Below the pieces are notes generated by a model. The model was not told the origin of the DNA and did not search any database. It was given only the letters and a program-made list of their open reading frames with translations. 64,000 nt of DNA, from positions 73,346,001 through 73,410,000 of the forward strand of contig OZ287750.1 in the NCBI GenBank assembly GCA_965649765.1, written 5' to 3'. The position numbers and the translations under genes are program-made. Source of the stretch: Bispira polyomma. Lineage: Eukaryota. Shown here piece by piece: positions 51,501 through 63,620 of this stretch (within the stretch, counting starts at the first letter, position 1; every line of letters starts with the position of its first letter).

Positions 51501-54500
51501 TTACATGAACAGAACTTGTGCGCAGTTTTACGGAGTGAGTATTCTTGATATTGCACGAGGGAAGTAAAATCTAACATTGTAAAAGTTAGTTATCCTGACA
51601 CATAAAAGAAGTAGTTCAACACAAAGACATGTAGGTGTTCTGTTTTAAAAATATATAATGTCACAGTATCGTGTCGTGTGACCCCTTTTCTTTTAGTGTA
51701 CTATAGCTATTGGTGTCACAACATTTTCTGATCCCTTACCCTTTGTGCATTGTGGATAATATTTCACACAGGTGTGACAGTCTTTTCAAACCGCCTTTCC
51801 TTTGTGTACCATAGCCATTGGTGTCACAACATTCTCTGATCCCTTACCCTTTGTGTGTTCTGGGTAATATTTTACATAGGTGTGACAGTCCTTTCAAACC
51901 CGCTTTGCTTTTTATACCACAGTTATTGGTGACACTACATTCCCTGATCCTTTACCATTTGAGTGTATTCTGGGTAAGATTTCACATAGGTATGACAGTC
52001 CTTTCAAATCCCTTTTCCTTTGTGTACTACAGCTATTGGTGACACTATATTCTCTGATCATTTACCCTTTGTTTGCATTGTGGGTACTATTTCACATAGG
52101 TGTGACAGTATTTTCTCACCCCTTTTCCTTTAGTGTTAATGTTTTACTTCTGTAGCATCAATCAATATGCGACAGCATAGTTCCATAAAAGGAAAGGTTC
52201 GTGATTAGAGGTCAATCTTAACCAGATGTGTTTTGAGATTTTTTTTATCAGCCTGCAATCCTTGTTTCAGTCCGAAGAGTGGCAGGGAGACTACATTCTA
52301 TTTAGCAGTTGCAGCAACTTTAAATGATGGAAGGTCTTAAAAATTAGGACATTTATTTTGAATTTTATACATTTGTCTAATGTAATCATCGCTCTACATA
52401 GGTCAAAAAGTATTTTCTAAACCGCTGCATTTTGTCTATTGTAATTAATATTTTAGATAGGTGCCAAAGTATTGCATAACCCCATGTCCTTTGGTGAAAC
52501 TGTAGAAATTGTTTCACAAAGGTGTTACAGTTTCGTATAGTCCCTTAAACCTTTGTCTACTGCACTTAAATTGTTTATGTGTTCCAGTATTTTCAAACTG
52601 CTTGCCTTCAAACACAGTAGTTATTGTTTTATATGGGTGTCACAGTGTTACCTTACCCCCATTCACCTTGTGTAATGTAATCAATGTTTTACAAACATAT
52701 AACATTAGCCCCGATGCCCATGCCCTTTGTGTTCTTTATACATTAGCTTACATACTTATCCCACGTGGGCTGATCCCCTACCCAATCCGTACTGTAATCA
52801 TTCCTTTTCTATCTGTATTTGTGTTTAAAAAAAAAAAATTAAAACATCGGTGAGATTTCAATTTAAAATTTTAAGATTCAAATAGATTTTCCAGAAAAAG
52901 TCTTAATTTTGTCTTAAATCTTATATTTTGTCTCAAGTCTTGGATTTTACCTAACAGACTTAAGACAAAATTTTTGCTAAGCTAAAACTGGTATTTAGAA
53001 AGGTCTTAGTCAAAATTTAGACTTAAGTTTTGTCTTAACATTAAGGCCTCTAGGAAGTAGTTGAAAGTTTTGGAAAAAGTCCTAAATATGTATTAATTGA
53101 CAATTTAAATAAATTATCAAATAAATAGTACTTCCTTTTTGTATATTCACACTGTTTGATATGAAAATATAATTTAAATTTTATAAAACAGTTTAGCCCC
53201 AAAAGTAATGTTACACCTCTTTTGTTCCCATTCAATGGGTTCCCTGATCTAATTATTATTATTATGAATTTTTAACGTGCTTTATTGATGCTAGGCATCT
53301 TCTAAAGCACAACAGCAGAATCATTAATCCAATTGTAAAGTTAATAGGGAATAGCAAAGTCGTAAGAAAAGAGATGGGAGCATGTACGAGGTAAGCTAAG
53401 GTGGGAAGGCATGGTTAAAAAGATAAGTTTTAAGCTTTTTCCTAAAAGGGATGAGTGTATCAACTGATCTGAGATCAACTGGGAGCTTGTTCCACAACAA
53501 AAGAGCCGCATTGGAGAATGCTCTGGATCCTGCTTTCCTGATGGGTCCGACCGAAGAAAAAGAGGGTCTGTTGCCTCTCTTACAGTTACTGAAGGAGAAA
53601 AGGGAAGCAAGGTAGGAGGGCTGTTGAGTGACTACAGCCTTGAAAGTGGTGACGTGAATCTTGAACAAAATACGAGAGTGAATGGGCAGCTAGTGTAATT
53701 TTTTGAGGTAAGGAGTGACATCTGTGCGACAACCCAGGCGAAAATAACCCTAAACAGGTAGTTTTTGAGGGACTGGAGCTTTTTGATCTACGACTTGTTT
53801 ACTCCGAACAGAAGAGAGTTGCAGAAGTCGAGGCAGCTGCTAACTAGCGCGTTAGCCACCGTTATCGCTGTGTCCATTGACAGGTGTTTTGATCTAAGCA
53901 GAAATTTATTCTAAGACTTGAGACCTTTTGTGAATCATACCCAGTTTTACTAATAGTGCTACTAAGTGGTGCATTTTGTATGGAGTCATATGACATGACA
54001 TAGATTTAAGCTAGACAAAAGCTAAGTGACATTCAAAAAGATATAATCGAGTTACATTACAAACTTTAGTGATAAGACTTTAATTTAAAGTTTTTTAAAA
54101 TTTCAATAGACTTTACCAATATATAATTATTTGTGTGTAGGGTGTGTCACAGGCATTCCTAACCCCTGACATTAACTGCATGTATTACAGTTATTGGTTG
54201 GTAGCTTGTATGACAAGCTAATGACAGGTGACTTCCTAGAAATTAGGTTCACCTATTTAAATCAAAAGTATCAACACACTAAAGCAACATCCACTCATTA
54301 TTGTAAGTAAAACATTTGAGTGTAAATGATAAACTTTATATATATATGTGTGTACTGAAATAACTAAATCAGTAAAACAATATTAGAAATTTGTTTACCA
54401 GTTATCCAAATGCAGATAGCCAAAACTTAACAAATACTTTGAATGCTTTGAGAAAACAAATTCAAACAGAAGGAGATTCGTGGCTGATATTCACAAAGAT

Positions 54501-56077
54501 TCTCAAAATCTCTTAAATTTTTTCTCAACTAGTTTGATTGGCTGAAATTATTCTTTTCAAGAATTTGAATGGCTAAGGCTAATAAAATTCCAAAGAATTG
54601 TATTTTAGGAATGATTGTGAATACGTCCCCATGTATGTGTTGGAGCCCAGCTTCCGATTTGGCCAATCTAAGATGGGCATATGATTGGTCAGCCCACCTT
54701 AAGATTGGCCAGGAAAACTAGTCAAACTTGAGATTGAATATTGCAATTGAAAACTAGATATCTTAAAAGTTTGAATTGTGTAATAATTAATTCACATAAT
54801 GATGATTTACTGCTAATTTTTCAGCGTGATGATAAGTTTTACTGATAACCTTACCTATGCATTTCCACCAACCAACAATTAGTACTTATTTATCATTTTA
54901 TTTTATTCTACAAGTGCTATTGTGTTGTTCACAATTGAACATGTAAGGAAATCTGATAATCACCAAATTATTGAGAGAGAGAAAAAACATTATTAATCTC
55001 CATTGTAGTAAATCTGGTGTGGCTTACATCATGTAGGTTTAACAAACCTTTAATATATTACCAACTGCAATATTATCTTCAACAGTATTATACCTGCATA
55101 TTTGTATGTATTTGTGTACTAACATATTAGATCAAATATGATCGAGATTTACATATTATTTCTCTAGTGCACTTTAACCCACAGGCTATATATGATTGAC
55201 ATAATTTTACATCTTTTTGAATCACAGCCTGCCATTATTATAATTTAACTTAATACCAGGCATATACATATCCCCCCACTACAGCTGACACCATGAATAA
55301 ACTTCTTAAATAGTTTATACATTTTGTATATGAATAATAGGAAGGTCGCGTATAAGATGTTAGTATCTTGAATGAGTTCTATTTGAGATCTATATTAAAT
55401 ATTCTTCATATTTCTTTTTTTTCCACTCTCCAAAATACTATATTAGTGGCCATTTCCACAAGGAATTTACTTTATTATTGTAACTTTCTATGTTGTTATT
55501 GATATAACATCAAGAAGTAAAAACAGTTTTGATGACGTTGATGTAATCACAATGGTGCACAGGTCACACTAAAAAAAAAAAATAATAATCCCAACAGTAA
55601 ATAGCTGACATGTTACAATTATAAGCAACATTTAATAAGCCGAAAGTTTCTTATTTTTTTCACTGTTGGTATTTCTGTTCATGGATTACAAAAATTATTT
55701 CACTATCATGACAATTATAATGTTGTCGGAGACTTCCCCCCAAAAAAGTACACATACAAATCAGTAAAAATAAAATACCAACACTTCTATGTGTCTTTTT
55801 TTCTAAATTTCAAGTAACCTTATAACTTTTAAATCAATATTTATTCAACCACTCCAAAAAAGCTTCTGTGTAGATTTACCAACACCTTAAACTTTGCTCT
55901 CATACATTTTTTTTTTTAATTTTTTTTTTTTTTTTTTATTTTATTCAATTATTATAGTGACATGTACATGACATATATCTGCATATTTCCTTGATTTAAA
56001 TCTAATAATAATAATAACAAAGTCTTACCTTGTGCAGAGAGAAGAAGCAAGAAAGCAGTGATAGCTGGTGTCTCCAT
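22192..56077 (-). CDS. 9-exon class A (rhodopsin-like) GPCR, neuropeptide-receptor type (QRFP/orexin/CCK/allatostatin-A-receptor-like), 545 aa, with signal peptide and Cys-rich ectodomain
   Basis: Manual splicing gives one continuous frame: exons 49+567+122+122+124+179+55+203+217 = 1638 nt, all GT..AG, phases 1,1,0,2,0,2,0,2. Class A motifs: TM1 GN, TM2 NLAVADLL..CVP, ECL1 W..GCK, TM3 SLERY, TM4 W..SLP, ECL2 Cys, TM5 F..P..Y, TM6 FIVCWAP, TM7 NSALNPILY, helix 8 FR. Subfamily is inference. Confidence 0.93.
23335..23537 (-). CDS. GPCR exon 8 (TM6-TM7)
   Basis: ORF 23331..23537 VIRILISVLVVFIVCWAPY...ANSALNPILYGFLS; TAG acceptor, AG|GTAAGA donor. Confidence 0.96.
26935..26989 (-). CDS. GPCR exon 7 (ICL3: SADGKKDEKTSDSSGRVQ)
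   Basis: 55-nt exon with CTTTTAG acceptor and CAG|GTGAGA donor; supplies the required phase 2 to phase 0 bridge. Confidence 0.8.
27790..28045. repeat. Dispersed array of aaagataagtc motifs at ~21-bp period, two clusters
   Basis: Motif recurs about 8 times; probably TE subterminal repeats. Confidence 0.6.
29330..29508 (-). CDS. GPCR exon 6 (ECL2 Cys, TM5: EIQQGTICTVAGYDLAKKRAFYVYIFVAIFLIPSLLMGFAYIRTSITLWKSVQKQQQMK)
   Basis: TTTTCAG acceptor, CA|GTGAGT donor, FxxP...Y TM5 motif. Confidence 0.93.
30334..30457 (-). CDS. GPCR exon 5 (ICL2, TM4: YMVINHPMKAQGMSSFKRTAIIIAGVWLLGIALSLPTYFLA)
   Basis: GTACAG acceptor, GCC|GTGAGT donor, completes ERY, conserved TM4 W and P. Confidence 0.95.
30523..30582. 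repeat. (AT)n microsatellite
   Basis: About 30 AT units; another (TA)n + poly-T + poly-G at 57082-57157. Confidence 0.95.
30625..30953 (+). mobile_element. L2-clade LINE 3' end with (ATTAG)n tail
   Basis: RSFSYAAPKLWNDIP..FRSKLKSHLYQKAY; sister copy at ~46905-47300; another L2 fragment at ~31070-31345. Confidence 0.8.
31505..31626 (-). CDS. GPCR exon 4 (ECL1, TM3: AVESIYMIWELKLIGCKIVLWLYFASFMWSAFTLMSMSLER)
   Basis: TTACAG acceptor, CG|GTGAGT donor splitting the Arg of ERY. Confidence 0.95.
32482..32867 (-). mobile_element. Second, diverged copy of the same Harbinger-type terminus
   Basis: Colinear with 34660-35041 (aatgaggatt..ccggggtggcattagga..aacatgtt.agaaacttcac..gatctatcttgacagtg.aacag). 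Confidence 0.8.
32870..35041 (-). mobile_element. PIF/Harbinger-type DNA transposon relic carrying the MADF/Myb-like DNA-binding gene, no transposase
   Basis: Disrupted ORF ~33000-34369: LVDWLREHELLFNKKQKDYK, WFQLHRTMFGTL..KSGQ..LTERQTWVNEHFTFMKPHI, Gln-rich tail; terminus GGCCTGTTTCACTG at 35041; two TATAAAT upstream (~34545-34563). Confidence 0.7.
36458..37090 (-). repeat. 317-bp tandem duplication containing two SINE A copies (~36522-36765 and ~36838-37082)
   Basis: Units begin taacgaacat at 36461 and 36778; nearly identical. Confidence 0.9.
37962..38615. repeat. 65-bp minisatellite, ~10 copies, inside a minus-strand SINE (~37870-38700)
   Basis: ccaag/tcaag recurs every 65 bp from 38016 to 38601. 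Confidence 0.95.
39520..40460 (+). repeat. Three copies of a dispersed ~95-bp repeat (ctcagtttt.ccgggtcaattggttccaaccaatc..gaaggc)
   Basis: At ~39530, ~39720, ~40365; a fourth copy at ~27215-27320. Confidence 0.65.
40895..41100 (+). mobile_element. Older tRNA-derived SINE (family C), (AATC)n tail
   Basis: GGTGGTGTAGTGG A box, GTTCGAATC B box; decayed relatives at ~775-850, 1918-2105, 19110-19290(-), 43105-43292, 57160-57378(-), 59265-59485. Confidence 0.7.
43340..43598 (-). repeat. Tandem array, 7+ x 32-36 bp, copies of the exon 3 3' end plus splice donor
   Basis: Unit atatcagtattaccacatacctttataggtac(ac) aligns to 43579-43626. Confidence 0.93.
43599..43720 (-). CDS. GPCR exon 3 (end TM1, ICL1, TM2: GNILVIVTVTKFMGRTTVTNIYICNLAVADLLVILICVPTK)
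   Basis: TTTTCAG acceptor, AAG|GTATGT donor, GN and LAxAD motifs. Not in the ORF track. Confidence 0.95.
44100..44477 (-). repeat. Tandem array, 5 x ~76 bp, copies of the exon 2 3' end plus splice donor
   Basis: Units such as ttacttactaattacctccaccaagaagattacaccacacaccacctctttgacaatcaggtgttctctctcattc align to 44471-44547. Confidence 0.92.
44478..45044 (-). CDS. GPCR exon 2 (Ser/Thr-rich stalk, two 6-Cys repeats, TM1)
   Basis: Polypyrimidine tract + TACAG acceptor at 45045-45047; lies within ORF 44470..45144; ends ...VVYGVIFLVGLF-G|GTAAGT. Confidence 0.92.
46811..48145. mobile_element. Harbinger-like MITE (CAGTCACACCACGACGG terminus) interrupted by an L2 3' end and a minisatellite
   Basis: Shares its terminus and aatcagggt/aaccaggg motifs with 59924-60877. 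Confidence 0.5.
47523..47905. repeat. 73-74-bp minisatellite, ~5 copies
   Basis: ccactgacaatcat-like start at ~47523, 47597, 47671, 47744, 47817, 47890. Confidence 0.92.
51682..52135. repeat. ~109-bp minisatellite, ~4 copies (decayed copies to ~52800)
   Basis: attggtg(t/a)cac..ctgatc..ttacc..ggtgtgacagt recurs at ~109-bp spacing. Confidence 0.85.
53255..53890 (-). mobile_element. L2-clade LINE 3' fragment
   Basis: ORF 53396..53668 FKI...RAFSNAALLLWNKLP..FRKKLKTYLF; upstream LDFCNSLLFG; (AAT)n tail. Confidence 0.82.
56029..56077 (-). CDS. GPCR exon 1 (signal peptide METPAITAFLLLLSAQ-G)
   Basis: ACCATGG Kozak context at 56077, hydrophobic core, AG|GTAAGA donor, phase 1 matches exon 2. A second in-frame ATG lies at 56089. 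Confidence 0.75.
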
Positions 56078-56139
56078 GGTGATACACATCTTTTCACTAT
56101 AGCTTATGGTGAGTTCTGGTTCAATTCATCCACGTTTTA

Positions 56140-56780
56140 CCAATGACATCAGTGACATCATTTACACAAGATATAGATAGTTCATTTAACACTTGTTATA
56201 TATACACTGTAGATCTTTTTTCCAGTTAAAAGAAAATATGATGAGTAAAACCTATTTGGTTAAAGAATTATCCATTGTTTTATAATATATTTTCAATACC
56301 CTTGTAATCTATAAATAAAATTATTTTTAAAAAAATCAGAAGTACAATTCTATTTATTGAAGTTTTATTTTTTAGATGTTTTAATACTTGCAGATAAAAC
56401 AAACTACATGTATTTTATTTTCCTCAAAATCTCCAACTTTTTCCCCTTCACATTAAATCAAACCTCTTTATAGACAAAATGAAATAAAAATAAACTAAAC
56501 CAACAACTATAATAACTTTTCCGATATATATCAGCTGACTTATGAAGTCAAGACTTGCTAATGCTTGTCAGAGGTTTAATTTACAGTGTGTGCGTTGTGT
56601 GTGAGAGAGTGGGAGGCGACACCAGTGACAAATCTACTACTAAACCTCTTTCAACCTTATTTTTGTAACAAGTCAAAAAGGGGGGACCTTTAACACCACC
56701 TTTAAATACAAGGCACGAAAACCGTCTGTTTATGTGTCTCTATCTCTCCCTTAACCTCTAAACAAATCGACGTCACCAGA
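56140..56780 (-). promoter_or_regulatory. Putative GPCR proximal promoter / 5' region
   Basis: Tandem TGACATCA (CRE-like) at 56144-56151 and 56153-56160, TATATATAA on minus at ~56195-56204, GACGTCA at ~56769. Motif-only evidence in AT-rich DNA. Confidence 0.3.
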
Positions 56781-57077
56781 GCTCCCTTTAACCGAAAAGA
56801 AACAGTGACCCCGAAAAGGTAAAATAACAATTGCTTCCTTGTAGAAGTCTTTGGAAAATTAAATATTAGGATATTTAGTTTGTAAACACAAGTGGTGTAA
56901 ATTTGAATAGGTTTAAATTTGTTGTGTAGTATATTTCAGTGTTTCTTGTTGATTTATGTATGCTCTATTACTACAAAGTAAGGTTTATTTTCAATGTAAA
57001 AACTTATTTATAAAAATAGGAATGTTTAAGTAACAGTTTAGTCATTTACTAAAAGATAATCTACATTTATTTGAATA

Positions 57078-57143
<66 letters not shown>

Positions 57144-57874
57144 GGGGGGGGGGGGGGCTTAACTTTGCTTTAAACACATCTTGTGTCATATGACAACGAG
57201 CCATTTGAGGGTGGAGGAACTCATAACAGAATAGATGATTTTAAAGGTTTCCTGCTCTGCAAACCACTGGCCTTCGGCAAGTTTACTGCCAACTTTCCCA
57301 CACAGACTCAGACTAAAGACTGGCATTCAAAACCACAACGGCAGAGGTGGGGAGACAAGTGTGTTACCACTACACCACTGTTCGCTTTATGGTAAGTACA
57401 ACAGAATGAAGTACAGTGCAAGCTAGATTTAACTGAATAGATCAATGTTACCGTTGTTTTGTTTTTTTCAAGGAATACCACATTCGAGGAATGGTTTTAA
57501 GAAACAACAAATAAAAATAAAAATGCTCGTTATATGTCTAAACTTTTCAATCCCTATTCTAACTCAAAAGAAAACTTTTAGTTCATTTTGTCCTCCACGA
57601 GAAAAATTATTTAAATTCAGCAATGGAATTCAGTGTTGAAATTGCTTATGTAACAGTAACATATATCTCTGTACAAAAAATGTCCAAGTGTCCAGATATT
57701 TATAAGCGAGATCAATTTTATTTGTTAATCATCATCAACAAGGAAAACAATGAATAAAGGAAAGATTCTTTGGGGCTTTTTGTTGGGACTTTTAGAATAT
57801 TAAGTACATTTGGCGAGATCTAGGTATTCAAAGCACTAATTGACCCCTTTCTTTGACTATATCCATGCAGTCAT

Positions 57875-58085
57875 CCAGCACACCAGTAACTGTCATTCCC
57901 TTAACTGAAGAGATAGGCTTGAGGCTGACCATTTATCAACGTTACCAAGATTCTTTAGTCTGTCACTTGGGAAAGGACCCTTATAACAGAGCGCAAACAT
58001 TTTAAGTGACTATCGGAGTCACTATGTATCTGTCTGTACCTGAGAGCCCCAAGGGTTTGGAACAAACCCAGATCCTGTGTGTTTG
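57875..58085 (-). mobile_element. SINE family D (Nin/Deu-like core), partial
   Basis: Colinear with the flanks and unit of the 65-bp minisatellite; plus-strand relative at ~62432-62740. Confidence 0.55.
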
Positions 58086-59923
58086 TAATGCCCCGTTCAC
58101 ATATCGGCGGTATGGTCAGTGGTATTAGAAGGTTACCAGAAGATCTTGTACCTTGTATTTTCACCTGTTATATTGGCTGTTCTATCTAGGTGAAATGTAC
58201 CCTATGAAACGTTGTCCAGATAAGTTTTACAGATGGAAATAGATGAGAGCAAACGATTACTGACACAGCAAAACTTACAGTTGTGATATAGAAATACTGG
58301 GAAACGAGCAGAAACAGGACATCAGATTTACAGTAGCGATTCAGAAATGCTTTGAAATACTCCGATTCCAAGGTAAAAGGATTTTGACGCCTTGTTCTAC
58401 TTTGGTGAGGAGGAAGTTTTGACCCTACTCCAACCTTCCGCCTCACACATCCGACTGTAGAAGGTTTGCAAAGTAAGTTGATGCTATAGGAAATTATAGA
58501 TAGGGTTTCCTGCACTACAAGCATTTTTTTTTTAATGTATCTTACCAGACTTTCCATTCTTTCATAGTGTCAACAACACCTTAACCAGTGCATTACCCAC
58601 TAGGCCAAAGTAGCAGATACAAGAATGTAATGACGTAATACACCCCCATGCTCCTTTATGTACATTTATCAAATAAGGAAAGTGCAATAAACACTTCATG
58701 GCCACTTATAAACCAAGCCACAATAACCTCAAAAGGGCACCATGTTTGACACAAAGAACATTTAATGCTTTCAAAAGGAATGAAGCTCAAGAATAGAACC
58801 AATAATGCAACAAATGATTTGATTAGAAAAGCCAGTCATTCAGTGTTTACTTTTGTTTTGTCAAACAATAAGTGCATAATATTGGCATCAAAGAGACAAA
58901 TGGGAAATATAGTTACATTTAGTGTCATTGTCTTAGTAATGGATTGCCATTGTTTAGAACCATATCTATTGAACATTAATGGTGTTGTTTAATTGATCAG
59001 AAACATATTATTGGGAGCTTTCCGTCTACCTTATCTTTGAATTACACTTGTTAGCTTTTAGAAAGACATTTCAATAAAGTACATTAATGTAAAAAAATGG
59101 TTGTTATAAAGCAACATCCTTTAGTAACAAATACTTTTAAACATGATTTCGTTTGGAAAGTCTAGCATAGCAAGACAAGAATGAATTAACTTACTAATGT
59201 TCATCAAAACTAAGATGAACCCTTATGATTTCTTGAACTAACTTAGCCCTTAGTCAATTAAAGTGGGCCTCAGTTGTGTTTTGGTAAGACATTCATCTCC
59301 CACCTCTGCTATTCTGGGTTAGAGTCTCGGCCCTGGCGGGTATGCTAGAAAATCATCAGTAGACTTGCTGAAGGCCAGTGGTTTTCAAATTCTGTACCCT
59401 GTTTTGATTTTTTTAAACCGTAAACTTCCCATCGTGACATGAGACAAGTTGTGTTGACAGTATCATTGAACCCAAACTAAATTTAACCCAATACCATTAA
59501 TAAAAGTATACCATTCAAACTTAATCACAATTAATGGCGTTTCTCTAATCAGCAATATTTCATTGAACTTTTCTGAATGGCATTAAACTCTGACCCATAT
59601 GTAAAAATTGTGAAAAATTTTGTCAAATGGCCACATATATTTATATATTATAATTTATATCGGATTAACGTTTTAACAAATGCACATTATATAATGACAG
59701 CAAAGTTTGTCAAGATTTTTGAATTGTAAATCACCAGCCTTCAGCAAGTAGACTGCCAACTTTCCCACTTACATCCCGGGTACCAAGATTTGAACCCACG
59801 ACTGCACAGATGGGAAGCCAGAGCGTTGCTGAATTTTATTTTGCTATTCATGTTTTAAATATGAACATCTATCAAACTTTCAACATTTTGTCAAGCCGAA
59901 TGCTAAAACTAACTTTAATGCTA

Positions 59924-60877
59924 CAGTCCCAGCATAATGGATGATTTTCACGATAAGCCATGTTTGTCCCAATCAGGGTAAACTAGGAAGTATCGATCAA
60001 TTAATTAACATGACAAGCTCCAGTTCTGTCAGTCAGGGTTTATGCAGACCAATCAGGGTGTTACAAGGGTGTCACAAAGGAATTTGAATTATTTTTACGT
60101 CGCTTTAAACATCTTTGGTCATATTGCGACGACCAGAATTAGTTGTGGGGAACCAGTACTGAAGCACTGTAAACCACCGGCCTACGGCAAGTACCGTAAA
60201 AACTTTCTCACATGAAGAAGGAGTAGGTGAGAGAATTTGAATTGGGATATTTAACGCCCACTCTAGTACCTTGTAGGTTATATTGGGACGGGTAGTTGGA
60301 AACGCTGGAGGAAACACTGCATACAGTTGATCAAGGTTCTGCACTGAAACCAGTGGCCCACAGTAAGGAACTACCACCTTTCCCACACAGGCATCAACGG
60401 GAGTCAAACTCACGCCACCCAGAGGTTAGAGACCAGTAATTGTGAAGCGCAATGCTTGCTAACCACTAGGCGACCGCGGCCTCCCAAAGGTGAGAGGCCA
60501 GTGATTTTAAAGCAGACGCTTTAACCACAACCCTACCATGGCCTCTAGTGACACAAAGAAAGACAAGTGTACAATGGTGATGATGGCAACTAGGAGGTTT
60601 TACCACAACCAATCAGGGTTAATTAGTGTTAATGAGGGTTATGACTACCACGAACAAGGGCGAATCATGGTAGGTCAGGGTTAATCATGGATGTGATTCA
60701 ACCGTGACAGATCCACAGAAGTTTTAAACATATCCATAACTTCCCTCGTTGATCCCGGTTTAGCATACCTCATCAAAGTGTTCTAGGTTTTAAGTTTTTT
60801 TATCATATTCATTTGGTGGTCAATCAAAACTCATTATTGCATGTCAGTGTTGATTTTGAACCGTGATGGTGGGACTG
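59924..60877. mobile_element. Harbinger-like MITE with TIRs, hosting SINE B (60083-60545) which hosts SINE A
   Basis: cagtcccagcataatgg ... ccgtgatggtgggactg, 14/17 inverted match. Confidence 0.65.
60234..60487 (-). mobile_element. SINE A nested in the head of SINE B
   Basis: 9-bp flanking direct repeat aggtgagag at 60225-60233 and 60488-60496. Confidence 0.88.
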
Positions 60878-63044
60878 GGTGGTGAAAAGGAACTACTTAT
60901 TTGCTGATATCCGATGAGAAAATATTACAATTGTTTGTAATTTTCTTGCTTGTATAACATTTTCAAGTAGTTTCCACTCATAATTATCTTTATCAGACTT
61001 CAAATATTATCATTCTTTTTTCAGACTTGGTTCAGATGTTGGCCAAATGAATCCGTACATCTCTATAGTTGGATTAGTAGGTGTGAAATGCTCACATTAT
61101 ATAAATAGTGATATAACATTTAGCAAAACATAGCGTTCCTGATAGCATAGTCGTGGCATAGAAAAGTGCTTTTCTATATGTTTTATTAGCAAACTTTCTC
61201 TATTATCCGAGTATGCTGGAAGAGCAAGATTTAGTTTGGAAATAGGGGGTTCACAAAATGAAAGAGTCTTTTTAATACGTCCAACACTTCTGAAGGTTTG
61301 AATAAAGAAAAATCAAATTTTTAAGACAATCATTGTCAGTGTATTTAGTAAACTGATACCTTAAATGTCAACTCAATATCACAAATAATGCCCCAACAAC
61401 ATGTTGTTTGGTTGGGACATTCGGTTAAGTTCAAATGAATAGATCATGAAAAATAATCAAACACGGAGTTTCAATTGCACTATTACTTGTGTACTTTTGT
61501 TTCGTCAGATGTTTAATAGGAAGTTGATAGACATTTAGTTCCTGTTTTGATATCCCAAGCGGATACAAAATAGGGTGTGTGTTTTTTTCTATAACATGTA
61601 CAGAATACTAGCTAAAACAAAATTCCACTAATTTACAATTAATTTGTAGACAATTCACTTTAACTTGTTTTCAAGTTAATAGTCTTTTTTAACTGATAAT
61701 ATGATTATGAGTTTATGTTTTTACTAAGAATGAATTCCCACTACTCAGGTTCGCAGGTTAAATGAGTAAAATTAATTTTAAAAGAAATTCGTGTTTACAA
61801 TCAGTACTGTATTTTTCATTTTATCAAATAACAAAAATCCCGGAAATACGTCACGCCAGGGGTTTTCAAACAGTAAAAACATGGGCTCAAATGACATCCC
61901 AACCCCAATCAATGTCAATTGAAGTAAATTAATGTTAATAGTCACATCATCTTCGTTAGTTGGCTGATTAAGCTGAAGGAACTTAAAGGAGAGGGTTGTA
62001 AGTTAATAGTTTCCGGTGCACCCCAGTAAACCCGGGTCGTCACCATGACAACCATGTGCGAGATGAAAAAAGAGGGTGCTGGGAGGAAAACATACCGTGA
62101 CGTGGTCACGTTTCAACTGATATATTCGGCAATAAATAAATGAGATAAATGGCTTCAAAAGAAGAGATATTTTGAGACCATGGCCTTCACTTTGTGTGTG
62201 GTTATCTAACATAACATAAGAAAGACGACTTTTCTAAGTTGTTTCTATATCTACACATATTTCTGATAAGGTGGGGTTGTTTTCGTATAAACCAGTTATT
62301 ACAGATAAAAGGATTTTTTTAAAAAGCACTAAAAAAACTTTTGTGCAACAAATTTGGTTGGTAATATTACGACCAAGTGGGAATAGTTTAATTGTAATTA
62401 TTTTAGGTCTGGCTTAAAAATGATGTGCAACTGTGGCTTAGTGGGTAAGAGTCTAGCTAAGGAACATACAGGACAGGGATTTGATTCCAGACATACAAGC
62501 CAATACATGGTGGCTCAGATTACTACTTTAAATAGCCGGTTATATTCATTGTGTCCTATCCCAGATGCAGGCTAAAGAATCTTGGGGATGTTGATATGTC
62601 GTCATCCTTAAGCACTTGTGTATAACAAAAGCAAATAACAGTTATTGTTTGGCTGCACATGTGCAGAAAAAGCTGACTGCTTTGATACCCACAATGTAGG
62701 AAGATAGTAGGCTAAGTATAGAAATACAATACAAATTAAAACAATTTACACATAGATAGATGCTCGAAAGAAACATAGTCACAATGCATTCTTGTAGAAC
62801 AATTCACAGCTTATTTTCTGTTATTTTAATACTTTTGCACTGAGAAATTAATGGCAATACGTCCTCTAAGGAGATTGCAATAGTTATCGAAGAAGGAACG
62901 ATTGTACAACATAGCAATAGTCATACAATCACCTCTCTACCCACGAAAGTTGTACCTGAAGATCATCACTTGTTGGACCCATTGGAAACCAGACCGATAC
63001 CTTACCACTACGCCAAGAGAGACCACTTACAGCTAATAAAGTAA

Positions 63045-63620
63045 AGAATTTTGGTGCTACTTTTGACTCCCTCTTTTCTTCCGATGATCATATTTCTTGC
63101 CACATCGTTCTTGCCACCTTTATATTTACGACCTCAAGAGAATCAGAAAACACATATCCCAGTAAACTACCAGTCATAGAAATTTGACTACTGCAATTCT
63201 TTACTACTGGATTTGAAGTACCAGGTGCAAAGGTTACAGTCAATCTAGAATCACTTGTGCAGAGTTGTATGCTGTGTAAGATCTTGCATCAGTATGATTC
63301 CTTTTCTCAAAAGGCTCCATTGGCTACTTGTCAAGTACGGGATCATTTTCCAGACCAATGGTACTACATACAAAGCTGTAAACATTTGTCAGCCCCAATA
63401 TTTTGCAATATTGATGTCTTTAAGAAGGCTTACTAGGGGAAACAGTATTTTAGTCTCTAATACCAGAACCAACAAACAGATTGGATCCTATGCCTTCTCT
63501 GTTGCAGCATTAACCCCATGGAATATTCTACCAGTCACTGTAAGATCTCCGGAAACCCTCTCTGGTTTCAGAAGCAACCTTCAGACCCACCTCTTTACCC
63601 TTGTATACCCCCATAGCCAT
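63045..63620 (+). mobile_element. L2-clade LINE 3' fragment
   Basis: FDYCNSL, LKRLHWL, YAFSVAALTPWNILP, FRSNLQTHLF (ORF 63255..63635). A further decayed L2-like piece lies at ~23790-24150(-). Confidence 0.8.
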
